NCBI RefSeq assembly: GCF_000143415.4 | Contig: NW_003314392.1 | Location: forward strand, 158,390 to 222,389 | Origin: Selaginella moellendorffii | Taxonomy: Eukaryota > Plantae > Lycopodiophyta | DNA length: 64,000 nucleotides | Direction: 5' to 3' | In this document: positions 13,372-25,391 of the stretch, in pieces | How the letters are laid out: the number at the start of each line of letters is the position of its first letter | Numbering within the stretch: position 1 is the stretch's first letter | Made by a program: the position numbers and the translations under genes | Notes under the pieces: model-generated | Databases searched by the model: none | Told to the model about the DNA's origin: nothing | The model's input: the letters and a program-made list of their open reading frames with translations, nothing else

Positions 13372-13603
13372 AGTTAAAGGGTTTTGAAATACTTGGGGTT
13401 AAGTGTTCTTGGGTTTAAATAGTACTGAGTTGGGTGACCTTTTAAGAAGTCCAAACTTATAAGTTTACATTTGGTATTAGAGAGGGTTTCATGTTTGACT
13501 CTATTGATTGGCTAGGGGAATCACACCATATGTTGATTGACATTTAGCAGTTCTAGTTTGGGTGACCTCTCAAGAAGTCCAAACTCAATCTTAAGAGCTT
13601 ACA
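13372..13603 (+). mobile_element. Decayed Cassandra fragments in the opposite orientation
   Basis: ggttaagtgttcttgggtttaaatagtactgagttgggtgacc (5S-like), then ..ttaca-tttggtattagag (LTR end plus PBS relic). Confidence 0.75.
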
Positions 13604-13804
13604 CAAATGATTTTGTGGGGCAATTGCTAAGGGCTTTGACTTTTAAAGCCCACTCAGTCAAGCTCCACTACAGGAAATTGTGGATGAAGAAATCTCAATA
13701 TCAACATCAACATGAATTGCTACTTCAAATAAATGATCTTTGAAAAACAATTAATCTCTTTAGGATTTGCCAGAGAAAACAAGAAAATACCAGCATCACG
13801 AGAT

Positions 13805-14898
13805 TGTGAGACATGAATTTCTAAACCCCAAAGTGGAGCCAAAAAGGTGCTATATGGTAGTGGTTGAAGAAGTCCAACAAACATAACATGTTTGGACTAA
13901 AATATTTGACTTAGAAAGTTGAGAGCGGGAGTGAAACTCTGAACAAAATGCTTAAGGAATGAACATGAAACAATCAGTGAATGAATCTTTAAAAAGGGAC
14001 ACAAAAAAGATTAACACATGGAAGTGTTGAGATCAAATCTAAAAAGGAATCTGAGATAGAGTCCGAGAAAGAGTCTTAGATGGAGTCCAAGAAGGAGTCC
14101 GAGATAGAATCTGAGGAGTCTAAAATGGAGTCCGAGATGGAGTTCAAAGAGTCTGGGAAAGAATCTAAGACAGGGACCGAGACCGAGACCAAGACTGAGA
14201 CTAGAGCTAACACCAGGGCCGAGTCCGAGTCCAAGTCAGAGTCCAAGGGTGAAAGGCCAATGCAATCATCTCCTAGATCTTAGGGGGTTTGGTGAGCTAT
14301 AAAAGTATAGTAGGGGGGAGGACTTTAGTGGAACAAGTTTGGCCAGGAAAGTTCAATGTGAACAAGGAAGGCTATACTCACATGATGGCTGATGATAAAA
14401 TTGCTGAGGAGTTCAAGGCTAGAATGAATACAGATAGACAAGTGGGGTAACTTAGTAAAGTGTTCAAGAGCCAACTTTAACTCCCCTGAGAGATCAAATG
14501 GTTAAATGCTCCCAATTTAAGTGTAGGTGGCACTCCCTACTTGGATATCTGGTGTGGTTCATTGGAACCTCGTTTTAGCCATATGGCTAGGGCACCCAGA
14601 GGTGGAAGGTGGGGAGATTACCTATAAGGCTTGTGTTAAGTTGTGGTGTTTCGAAATATCATTCTAAAGTCTTGAATTGTGGAAAAGAAAAAGAGCAGTC
14701 CTTTTGTGTAGTGACCAAGGATATGGTCACATGGCAAGAAAGTCCTAAATGTCAATAGGACTTAATGGTCAAGCCTTCAACCCTTAACCTAGTGGTGGTG
14801 TTCGTAAGTACAGTCGAAGATAGAAAGGGATTTAATAGGGACCGAAGAAGGGATATTGGGGAAAAGTGTTCCCTATGTCTCTAGGCATCTTAAGAATG
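13805..14898 (+). mobile_element. Old degenerate LTR of the long-LTR family, truncated by a younger LTR
   Basis: Starts tgtgagacat..; colinear with the LTR at 14899, with an AT-shifted sequence. Confidence 0.8.
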
Positions 14899-16531
14899 TG
14901 TGAGACACAAAATCCCTAGGCCCCAAAGTGGAGCCGGAGGGGTGCCACGTGGTAGTGGCTGAAGCGAAAGCCAAATGAGCGTAACACGTTTGGACTAAAA
15001 GCTCCACCTTGAAAGGTCGAGAGCGGGAGTGGAACTCCCAACGAAGTGCTCGAGGAACAAGCACAAAGAGAGCAATAAGTGAGGCTCCAAAAAGGGACCC
15101 AAAAGGACCAACACATGACACATGGAAGTGTCCGAGATGGACCCGAGTTGGAGTCCGAAGTGGAGTCCGAGAAGGACCCCGAGATGGAGTCCGAGGTGGA
15201 GTCCGAGGTGGACCCGAGATGGACCCGAGATGGAGTCCGAGATGGAGTCTGAGAAGGACCCGAGATGGAGTCTAAGGTGGAGTCCGAGATGGAGTCCGAG
15301 ATGGACCCGAGATGGAGTCCGAGATGGAGTCTGAGATGGAGTCCGAGATGGACCCGAGATGGACCCGAGATGGACCCGAGATGGAGTCCGAGAAGGACCC
15401 GAGATGGAGTCCAAGGTGGAGTCCGAGATGGAGTCCGAGATGGACCCAAGATGGACCCGAGATGGAGTCCGAGATGGAGTCCAAAATGGACCCGAGATGG
15501 AGTCCGAAGTCGAGACCGGGACCAAGACCGAGACCGGGACCGAGACTGAGACCGAGATCGGGACCGAGACCGAGACTGAGGCCGAGGCCGAGTCCGAGTC
15601 CGAGTCCGAATCCGAGTCCGAGTCCGAGTTCGAGTCCGAGTTCGAGTCCGAGTCCGAGGCCGAGTCCAAGTTCGAGCCTGAGAGGGTGAAAGCCCAAAGC
15701 GTTCATCTCCCAGACCCTGGGGGGTTTGGTGAGCTCCAAAAGTATAGTAGGGGGAGGACTGCAGTGGAGCCAGTTTGGCCAGGAAAGGCCAGTTTGGCCC
15801 AGGAAGGCCGGACCCAGTGTTGGGTGATGAGCTGCCCACTGGGAAGTCCAAGACTAGAGTGAACACAAGCCGACAAGCGGGGTAGCTTGGTGAGGTGTTC
15901 AAGAGCCGGCTCTAGTTCCCCCGGGAGATCGACTAGCCGATGCTCCCAGTCCAAGTGTGGGTGGCACTACCTACTTGGATACCTGATGTGGCTCAACGGA
16001 ACCTCGCTCTAAGCCCATGGCTAGAGCACCCAAAGGCAGAAGGCGAGGAGAGTACCCCTGAGGCCCGCGTAGGGCCACGGTGTTCCGAAATGTTGTTCCA
16101 AAGTCCTAGACTGTGGAAAGGAAAAGGAGTAGCCCTCTAGTGTGGTGATAAAGGACACGGTCACCCAGTGAGGAAGTCCCAGAGGATAGTTGGACTTAGA
16201 GGTCGGGCCTGTGGGCCTTGATCCAGTGGCAGTGTTGATGAACACGGCCATGGACAGAAAGGGACTTGGTGGGGACCAGAAAGGAGATATTAGGGAAGGC
16301 TATTTCCTATGTCTGCAGGCATCCTAAGGATGCTAAGGAGTGGATCTGGGATGACCACTCATGGACGGATAGCCCAGTCTTGGAGAGATGGGATTGCAAT
16401 GTAGGTGGTGTTGGACCACCGATGTGACCAAGGTGATTGGGCATGGCCTAGCATAACGGGCTGGTATGTTGGTGGTGCCTTGGGGTGTTGGTCAAGGGAT
16501 CGGACACGTGGAGCACTTGGACCAAGTGCAG
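14899..16531 (+). mobile_element. LTR of the long-LTR family, opposite orientation to LTRs A-C, truncated where LTR A begins
   Basis: Starts tgtgagacacaaaatccctagg, the reverse complement of the LTR A-C right ends; contains the GAGTCCGAGATG array. Confidence 0.88.
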
Positions 16532-17627
16532 TATAAGCGACTAAATTTTCCATTCTACTTTAGTCACTTAACCACACCTCTGACCACTTGGAGGAGTCTC
16601 ATTCACAACCTCCATAAGTCCAATCCAGGACTTGGGACTTGCTAGCCCCGAGAATGGCATCCATGCCACTCAACATTTGCACTTGGTCCAAGTGCTCCAC
16701 GTGTCCGATCCCATGACCGACACTCAAAGGTACCACCGACATAGCAGCCCATTACGCTAAGGCCATGCCCAATCACCTTTGCCACACTGGTAGTCCAATA
16801 CCACTTGCATCACCGTCTTGGCTCTCCAAGACTAGGCAAACCATCCGTGAGTGGTCATCTCAAATCCACTCCTTAGCATCCTTAGGATGCCCACCGACAA
16901 GGGGAATAGCCTTCCCCAATATCCCTCTGTCAGTCCCCACTAAGTCCCTTTCTGCCCCTGGCCGTGTTTGCCAACACTGCCACTGGATCGAGACCCACAG
17001 GCCCGACCACTAAGTCCCACGGTCCTCTGGGACTTCCTCACCACACGACTGTGTCCTTGGTCACTACCCCAGAGGACTGCTCCTCTTCCTTTCCACAGTC
17101 TGGGCCTTTGGGGCAACACTTCGGAACACCGTGGCCTTATGCGAGCCACCTGGGTACTCTCCCCGCCTTCTGCCCTTGGGTGCTCTAGCCATGGGCTTAG
17201 AGCGAGGTTCCGTTGAGCCACGCCTGGTATCCAAGTAGGTAGTGCCACCCACACTTGGACTGGGAGCATCGGCCAGTCGATCTCCCGGGGGAACTAGAGC
17301 CGGCTCTTGAACACTTCACCAAGCTACCCCGCTTGTCGGTCTGTGTTCACTCTAGTCTTGGACTTCCCAGTGGGTAGCTCATCACCCAACACTGGGTCCG
17401 GCCTTCCTGGGCCAAACTGGCCTTTCCTGGCCAAACTGGCTCCACTGCAGTCCTCCCCCTACTATACTTTTGGAGCTCACCAAACCCCCCAGGGTCTGGG
17501 AGACAAACGCTTTGGGCTTTCACCCTCTCAGACTCGAACTCGGACTCGGACTCGGACTCGGACTCAGACTCGGACTCGGACTCGGGCTCGGGCTCGGTCT
17601 CGGCCTCGGCCTCGGTCTCGGTCCCGA

Positions 17628-17671
<44 letters not shown>

Positions 17672-18264
17672 CTGGTCTCGGTCTCGACTTCGGACTCCAT
17701 CTCGGACTCCATCTCGGACTCCATCTCGGACTCCATCTCGGGTCCATCTCGGACTCCATCTCGGGTCCATCTCGGACTCCATTTCGGGTCCATCTCGGAC
17801 TCCATCTTGGGTCCATCTCGGACTCCATCTCGGACTCCATTTCGGGTCCATCTCGGGTCCACCTCGGACTCCATCTCGGACTCCATCTCGGACTCCATTT
17901 CGGGTCCATCTCGGGTCCACCTCGGACTCCATCTCGGACTCCATTTCGGGTCCATCTCGGGTCCACCTCGGACTCCATCTCGGACTCCATCTCGGACTCC
18001 ACTTCGGACTCCAACTCGGGTCCATCTCGGACACTTCCACGTGTCATGTGTTGGTCCTTTTGGGTCCCTTTTTGGAGCCTTGCTTTTTGCTCGCTTCGTG
18101 CTCGTTCCTCGAGCACTTCGTTGGGAGTTCCACTCCTGCTCTTGACTTTTCAAGTCGGAGCTTTTGGTCCAAACGTGTTACGCTTGTTTGGCTCTCGCTT
18201 CAGCCACTACCACGTGGCACCCTTTCCGGCTCCACTTTGGGGCCTAGGGATTTTGTGTCTCACA
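16532..18264 (-). repeat. LTR A (3' LTR of element 1)
   Basis: tataagcgac...tgtctcaca followed by the PPT complement. Confidence 0.9.
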
Positions 18265-19892
18265 ACTCCACCACCCATAGACGAAGTTCGATGTCCTCAT
18301 CGAATGGTAAACCATTTTGTAAAGTAACACTCGCATGTTACTCGCATGTTACCATTTCCATCCTTGGCACCTAGCCAATATTTGTCAATGGTTTGACATT
18401 GAAGGCTCACCATGCCTTTTGCATATGCCTCAATGGTTTGACACCAAAGGCTCACCATGCCTTGCCTATCCTCTAAGGAGGGTAGTCTCTCCAACTTAGA
18501 GACTGATTAGACCACATGTAGTGGTTCTCTCCTTTTATTGGTTTAGTTCTCGCTAAACCTTTTAGAGACCCTTCTCTAAGTCAATCCCACTACTCCTTCT
18601 CAAGTAGTCTCAATTTCCATCTATTGAATGTTTGCACCTTGGAACTTTTACTCTTTTGGCTTTTGGAAGTCAATTTCCTAGGTGTCTCCAACACCTTGCA
18701 TTGCACAGATTGTGCAACTCCACTTCCCTATCCTAGGAAGTTCATTACTTAAGGGCACCATCTTCCTCTCTTCTATTTCGTGCCACCTTGGGCACTAAGT
18801 TCCATTTATCACACTTTGTGCTAGGGTTGTCCATCGCCCTATCATTTGGCTACCTTACCGCTCCCTCCCTTGGAGCTTCCACTTTCGCCAAATCGGAGCA
18901 ATTCGGAATCCATCCTTGGAAACACACTTCCTTTCCCGCAATTTGTTAGCGTCCAACACATTAGTGTTCCTCGCCTAACTTTGTCACTTGGATTCCTTCC
19001 AAGGAATTCCACGGCCCTATCTTGGCCACTCATCTTTTGCTCCTATCCATTGATTGTTGCACCAAGCAACATCGAATCTCTACCTCCCTCCTTGAGGTGT
19101 TCTTTTGATTCCATAGCAAAGGCTCTGCTTTGCCAAGACTAGGGTGTTCACCCCTAGTAAGTCTCTTTTAGCATCTTCTGCTGTGGGCTCTATCCTCGGC
19201 CCAACTTTGTGACCCTCTCATGGGTCTCTTTAGAGACTACTTTCCTTGGACACACTATGCCATCGGAATGACATAGCTCATTTCCCTAAGGTGCTTTTCC
19301 CACTTGGTCACCTTGACCAAGCCACACCATCATCCATAGTTCAAATCAACACTTTGAACTAGGAACCTTATTCCTTAACCCAAACAAGGACCTTGTCCTT
19401 ATTTAGCCACAAGATCACCTAGTGATCTCACCTCGGCACCTTAACAGGTTTGCCAATAGGTACTAGGTCTTCCAGACCTTTAACTTGTTAACTACGACCC
19501 CGGGGGCATCCCCCACACTTGGCGGTGCGCACAAGCTAGCCCTTCCGGCCAAAGGTCCATAGCAACTGAGATTAGGTGTCCCCATCTCACTCACCACGTC
19601 CTTGGTGCCACTCACACCAAAGCGTTCAAGTTAGATATGCCGAGCTTTCACACTAAGCAATCTAACCGTGCATCACGACTGCGAGGCATCCCTCGCTTGG
19701 CGGTGTGCCCAAACCAGTCTCCCCACTGAGAGTCCATGACCACCGAAATATGAGTGTCCTCATATTCCAAACTATCACCACGCCCTAGTGATTTGGGACT
19801 CGAACCCAAGCACTAGAGGGTCGGGACTCGAACCCAACCTCCGTATATGCATCTACGGACGGCATCACACAAGATGCCTGGCGTGACTCCCC

Positions 19893-20485
19893 TGTAAGCT
19901 CCTGAGTTTGGACTTCCCGGGAGGTCACCCAGCCCAGTACTATTCAAACCCAAGGACGCTTAACCCCAAATATCCCAAGACCCTTAACCGATTGGAAAAG
20001 GGGGTGCACTCTTGTTCATAGGCCCTTTCCCTCTATATTTGAACCCCATGGATCGTCTCTCAAGTCGTTCCCTTTGGTTGCTTACAATCCACCACGCTTC
20101 CCTGCAAGTTCACGCCCTCGTGAACGGAAGCTGAGAGCCGCAGCTCTCCCGAGAGCCCCGCTCTCTTGACACCCTACCCCTCGGGTCGAGCCCAGCGGGA
20201 GCAAACTGGACCAGCCAGATGTCAATCAACATGTGGTGTGATTCCCCTAGCCAACCAACAGAGTCGGACCCAAGACCCCTCTGATACCAAATGTAAGCTC
20301 CTGAGTTTGGACTTCCCGGGAGGTCACCCAGCCCAGTACTATTCAAACCCAAGGACGCTTAACCCCAAATATCCCAAGACCCTTAACCGATTGGAAAAGG
20401 GGGTGCACTCTTGTTCATGGGCCCTTTCCCTCTATATTTGAACCCCATGGATCGTCTCTCAAGTCGTTCCCTTTGGTTGCTTACA
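19893..20485 (-). mobile_element. Intact Cassandra TRIM with 5S-rRNA-derived LTRs
   Basis: 194-bp LTRs at 19893-20086 and 20292-20485 (tgtaagc...gcttaca; one mismatch seen). TSD tcccc at 19888-19892 and 20486-20490. PBS tggtatcagag and PPT gggaagcgtggtggat. LTR minus strand has GGTTAAGCGTCCTTGGG..TAGTACTGGGCTGGGTGACCTCCCGGGAAGTCC, resembling the plant 5S internal control region. Empty site at 40109-40113. Confidence 0.95.
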
Positions 20486-21353
20486 TCCCCACGCCGGTGC
20501 ACCAACTTATTTTTATAGCGCGCTACAGATCACAGCTTAGGAACCTAGTTCCCCCACACTGCCAAGTCCTCTCACTTGACATATCTGTGATCATGCATGG
20601 GCTCCTCCATGCTTGGCCCCATGGGCCACCCCTTTTGAAGTTAGCACCTTCAACTAGGGTATTTGTTCCCCCCAACTTACCAATCTCACTTAGAAGCTCT
20701 ATTTCGTTAAAGTGGGATTTATTCAGTAAAATGGGACTAGGTACAAATTTTCAAGTATTTGAAAATGACGTGAAATTATATGTTTTTTGTCCAGGGGCTA
20801 GACATATCTGGGGCATGGTGACTAGCGCGGTGACCTTATGTCCAGACTGAGTCCATCTAGTTGTATAATAAATCTCATTGTCAAGGTGAACAAGCCGAAT
20901 CTGAAGCTAAAGAAGAGCGATGGCATGCGCGCACACACTATTTGTTTGTTCATTGAGCGTGTGGTGAGCTTTCCAAGATGAACATCATTCCTATTAGCCA
21001 GACATATAACTTAATGGTGAGAACATTTAGATATTATTCAATGTTATCTTTTTCTAACGAATCTAATTGTGAAGGTGTAGCAAGAGGCATTGCTAGTCTG
21101 GAGAAGTCATTTAACTCATTTGACCCTTAGTGTATTTTCATGAAACTAAATAACATTCATATTATTAAGGAATTTCTCTAGTACCTTTTTTTTACGACAT
21201 AGAGGCTTGCATTTCTTTCAAAGGTGATTTAGTAAAAGGCCTGAGGGCACATGCCATTCTATTTCTCAAACCGGTATTAAGATATACTAGTGCAAAGGGA
21301 AAAAGGTATTTAGTGATCAAGTAAATGGCATGAGGGCACACGCCATTATAAGC

Positions 21354-21611
21354 CTAAGCGCTAGTGGACACCTCCTTTTTGGTACTCTCAGCGGTACTAT
21401 CATCCTTCTCCGGGTCAGTTGTTTTGCTTTGGATTGTTGTCTCTGACGTTACTGGGGCGTTCTCGATAGTTGTTAATGTTGCCGTTTGTTCAGAAAAATG
21501 ATCACCTGGAGTATAGTACGGGGAGTGTGGAAGACTTATATATTCTACATCTTCACCTATCTCCTTCTCCGTCTCCTTTTCTGCCTCACTTACAGATTTT
21601 GTGCTTGCCAT
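21354..21611 (-). CDS. Small acidic S/T/E-rich ORF or exon of unknown function inside the transposon
   Basis: MASTKSVSEAEKETEKEIGEDVEY..; open frame in an AT-rich context; no recognisable domain. Confidence 0.3.
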   Translation of the reverse strand: MASTKSVSEAEKETEKEIGEDVEYISLPHSPYYTPGDHFSEQTATLTTIENAPVTSETTIQSKTTDPEKDDSTAESTKKEVSTSA

Positions 21612-22249
21612 GAGAACGCTCTTCACCCTAAAATATGGAGTTCGTTGTGTTATAAAAGGAAACCAACACACACGCTGCAAGGGAATGATGGTACATAAAG
21701 CACGTAAGCCCACAATATGGGTTTATGTGCCATTAATATGGGCCACACGCCATATTATTAGATTTATGCACGTGTGATTGGTAAATGCATATGTCACATC
21801 ATCTTTGTTTTACCTCACACACTATATCAGGCCTAATGAACCATATCACATGTGCGCACATGCTATATATATGGAGAAGTATTATGCAAGGATAGAAATT
21901 CAATGCATGATTGTGGAGAGCAATGGCATGAAGCCACATGCTAAATAACATTTTAGAGAAAGAATTAAAATAAAAACATGCAAACAGTACTGAGTGGACC
22001 AAGACTTAGAAGTGCACAATTGAATGAGGTATTTCTAATAAATACTTCACTCACCTCATATAGGAATGGCTACCACTCTCAAATGGCGTATCGCCTCATG
22101 CCATCACCTCGCAATTTGTGATAACAATCCGATGAATTCATATTCGGCTTGTTCACCTTGAACTTTAAGTAAGATTTGCTAGAACAACTAAGAATTTATA
22201 CTTGTTATTTGTATCATCTCACCTAGGAATGGCGTAAGGCCATATGCCA

Positions 22250-25200
22250 TCACGCCTCCTCTGATTCAGATTCGGATTGTTCACCTTGAAATAAAATACA
22301 TTAGAAACTTAGTAAAGGAATATTCATGAATCTCACCTTGAACCCGGGTTATGAATGCTCTTGCTGCATCTCTTGCATGGTCTGGCAAGGTGATGGTGGC
22401 ACTCTGCTTCCGCATCCAACCATGCACAACATTATCCACCGATATGCTCATGCTGGGATCCCTTGGATTCAGCACCCATCTCTTTTCTAGGCAATCGTTC
22501 GTATATCCAGAACTTGGCTTGAACCACTCCACAGTTACATTGAAGGAGTTAGTTTCCGCGTCCTCCTCTGCATCAGTGATGCAGCGCCCCACCCATATCA
22601 TTTGTTTTTTATTACTGGGTCTGACAAGCACGACCATTCCTTTGCAGACCTGTACTGAATTGAATGCTGAATCCGGCTTCTTGTTCCTCGGCCCACAATA
22701 GTGATCCTCAACATCGTTATCTGTCACTGCATTTCCAGAGGACATTGTTCCGCTACTATCTGGTGCTCTGGGTTCTGGCCAAAAGGACTCTTCCAATTCT
22801 TCATATACAACCGGCCCATTTTGGATAGCAGATATAATCTTCTCCCAGTATTCGAGCAAAGGCTTGCACCTCTGAAAATAGGATTCTCCACCAAACACCA
22901 ACCCCCTCTTCCAGAAGGCAATATGCTGTCTAATCCCGGCCACTATACTTTCCTGGTCTTTGAGTCCATCCGGGTGCATCGGCCGTGGGGAACCCTGAGG
23001 AATCATAGGTTCCCCAGTTATGGGATCTCTCTTGAAGAGTTCAATGCCGTCCACTGGCAGCCACACTGTGTCCCATTCTCTCATCTTGTACCTCATCACT
23101 GGAGCACCGTCACACATGTTGAAATGAAACTGAAGAGGCTTGGAGTGGCCAATCAGCGTTTCGGATCCGTCCCTGATGTAGCCTCTTACAAACCCCTTAA
23201 AGTCTGGAACCTCTGTCAGAAGTGTAGCTTCAACAGTGCCTTTGATGCAATTTTGGAATTCATCGTAGAGTTGTGGGAGGGTGAGGACATTGGATCGCCG
23301 GAGGGACTCTGCCAGGTGACTGAACATGGCATCGACGTCTTCATGAGTGTGCCCAACCATGAGAAAGCCAAGTGTAACCGTTTCAAATATGCCTTTGGCA
23401 ACAAGCATCGCCAAGTACGTGAAGACGTACATGTTTTTGTTCTCACTGCCAGCATTGTCTGTTTGGAGCAGAAGATGGGGTGGAAGGCCACATCGGCCGC
23501 AAGAACTTCCTTGAGATTCTGCTTCGTTTGGATGAGGCTGTGCATTCACCGGGCGACCAGCCTCGTCGGAATGGCATGAGGCCTCACGTGATAACCCTAC
23601 AATCTGACGGCCAACATATTCACTGGGATGGCATGGGGCCCCACGCGATACTGCAAGCCTTTGCTCCTCCTCCAGCTGAACCCTGTATGGGGTTCGATCG
23701 ACAAGGGCCTTATGCAAGGGTTGGCCGTTCAGCTCAGTCTGCGCACTTTGCAGAGACCTTAAGTGTTTTGCTAGGGACGCAATCATCATGTTTGCACCCC
23801 CGCCACCCCATAGAGGTACAAAGAAGTTCCCATAGTTCTGGGCACCATGCCTATGAGCGATTATGCCAAACAGAGACACAGGCAGCTGCATGGATGAAGA
23901 GATTGCCTTGGGGGCAGGATTGAGTCGAGGTAAGCACGTCTTTTTCTGGTCCATTTTGTCGTGGATGATGCAGAGGTAAGAGTTAGGTCTCTCCATGGAG
24001 AGAATCCTGTTATGATAATATGCAGTCCTGCAGCTTCTCTGCTCGATGTTGTGGTCGAGCCGCCTTCTAACCAACGTCTCTCGCTCTTGAGCGCTGCAAG
24101 AATTCTTCGACAAAGCCATTTTGATAGCAGTGCACTCGTCACACTTTGAAAAGCTGGAGTACTTTCCTATACTCACATCCCTGAACCTGTTGCTCCACAA
24201 TCTACTAAATCTAGATTGGCTCAGCTTCCTGTAGCCATTACTCTGGAGTTCCCGATTCACATCTTCCAATATGGCCCCCTTGGTATACATGGAAGGGAGA
24301 ACTCGTTAGGTGTCTCGTGTTCCATCTTCCAAGAGGCGGGTTTTATGTGGTTGCTGCTCGCTACATGTCTCGACAAACCTCTTGAAGATTGCCTCTCCAT
24401 ATACAACATGACCCCTGGTTTTGTGCGTACCGTCGTTCCCATGGACTGCCTGTTGAACCCTTTGTTCCTCGAACTCAGTTTTGATTCTGTAGAATGTGGT
24501 TTGAGGGACTCCATAAATGATTCTCCATGCCTTCATGCAGACCAAACCCCTCTGGAAGACCATGCCCCCCACCTGATGTTCTGAAGCATCAACAGATGAC
24601 CGTAATGCCTCATACACAAAATTGCGAGCTGCCTTCCAGGACAATGTCTTGTATCTTGCTCTCTCCTCTTCAATAGCATCCCAATCAGCATGTTGACAGC
24701 ACCTCCTCTTGCAACAAGCAACTGTCGAGACCATTCGAACCTCCATCGCCATTTTCTGCCTTTTCGGTTCGTTGCTCAGATCCCTTTGGCTGCACTTTAG
24801 GAAGGTGTACTTTCTTTTCCCATGAAGAGATGTTCTGTCATCAGTTGTAGTGGTGTTTGATTGTGAATCCTTCACATTCTCAAACACTAAGTGCCTCAAT
24901 TTCCACCGCACAATGCTTCCAATAGTCAGACTGTTTTCTTCTGTGTCAACAACCTCTAAAATCGCAACTCCAATATCATCCCAGCCCAATTCTTGATTAG
25001 CAACCGCATCTCTTGGATCGACAACTGTGGCTAAGCCCTCAGCTACCACCTCCCCCTCGGGGTTGTTTAGAAACACTTTTGCCTGAATCCATGTAGCACG
25101 GTTCTTAAGATCCACAGAGGGAACATGCGTCGCACTTGCGCTGTCCCCAACATCTGCTTTCTTCTGAAGATTTTTCAAGGCAACAACAACATTTACCCCG

Positions 25201-25391
25201 ACGACCATCTCTCCTCGTTCAATAGCGACCACATTCCCATCGAAGACAGTCTCTACTGATACAGCAGGATTGCCTTCCCTAAGCCTTTGACAGTGTATAA
25301 CAAAGTTCCGATCCATAGACACAAGGGTCCCTTTTGCAACTCTCTTCCCACCATTCAAAATGTAAACCTTTTCCCCAACCCTGAAGGCCAT
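22250..25391 (-). pseudogene. Sola-like DDD transposase (~1040 aa) with a single premature stop
   Basis: Motifs IIHDKMDQKKT, LQTDNAGSENKN, FLMVGHTHEDVDAMFS; Cys clusters CCKRRCC and FSKCDEC. ORFs 24306-25391 and 22281-24290 are in frame with TAA at 24306-24308. A probable short last intron (~22285-22336) gives the C-terminus VQGEQSESESEEA. Confidence 0.85.

Noticed and set aside
14916-18374. Long overlapping ORFs (RTRTRT, SDSISD, GLGLGL, WSPRWSPR), also at 37414-38557 and 43327-44788
   Set aside because: Artefacts of stop-free hexamer/12-mer arrays in the LTRs; open in many frames and on both strands.
19790-19840. tRNA gene or tRNA-derived SINE
   Set aside because: B-box matches only; no A-box, cloverleaf, tail or TSD seen.
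18265-19890. Hammerhead or other ribozyme (retrozyme) in the non-autonomous LTR element
   Set aside because: I could not find a CUGANGA..GAAA core with pairing stems by eye; an Infernal/Rfam scan would be needed.
19905-19965. 5S rRNA gene
   Set aside because: Only the internal control region is present, embedded in Cassandra LTRs; the 5' part of 5S is missing.
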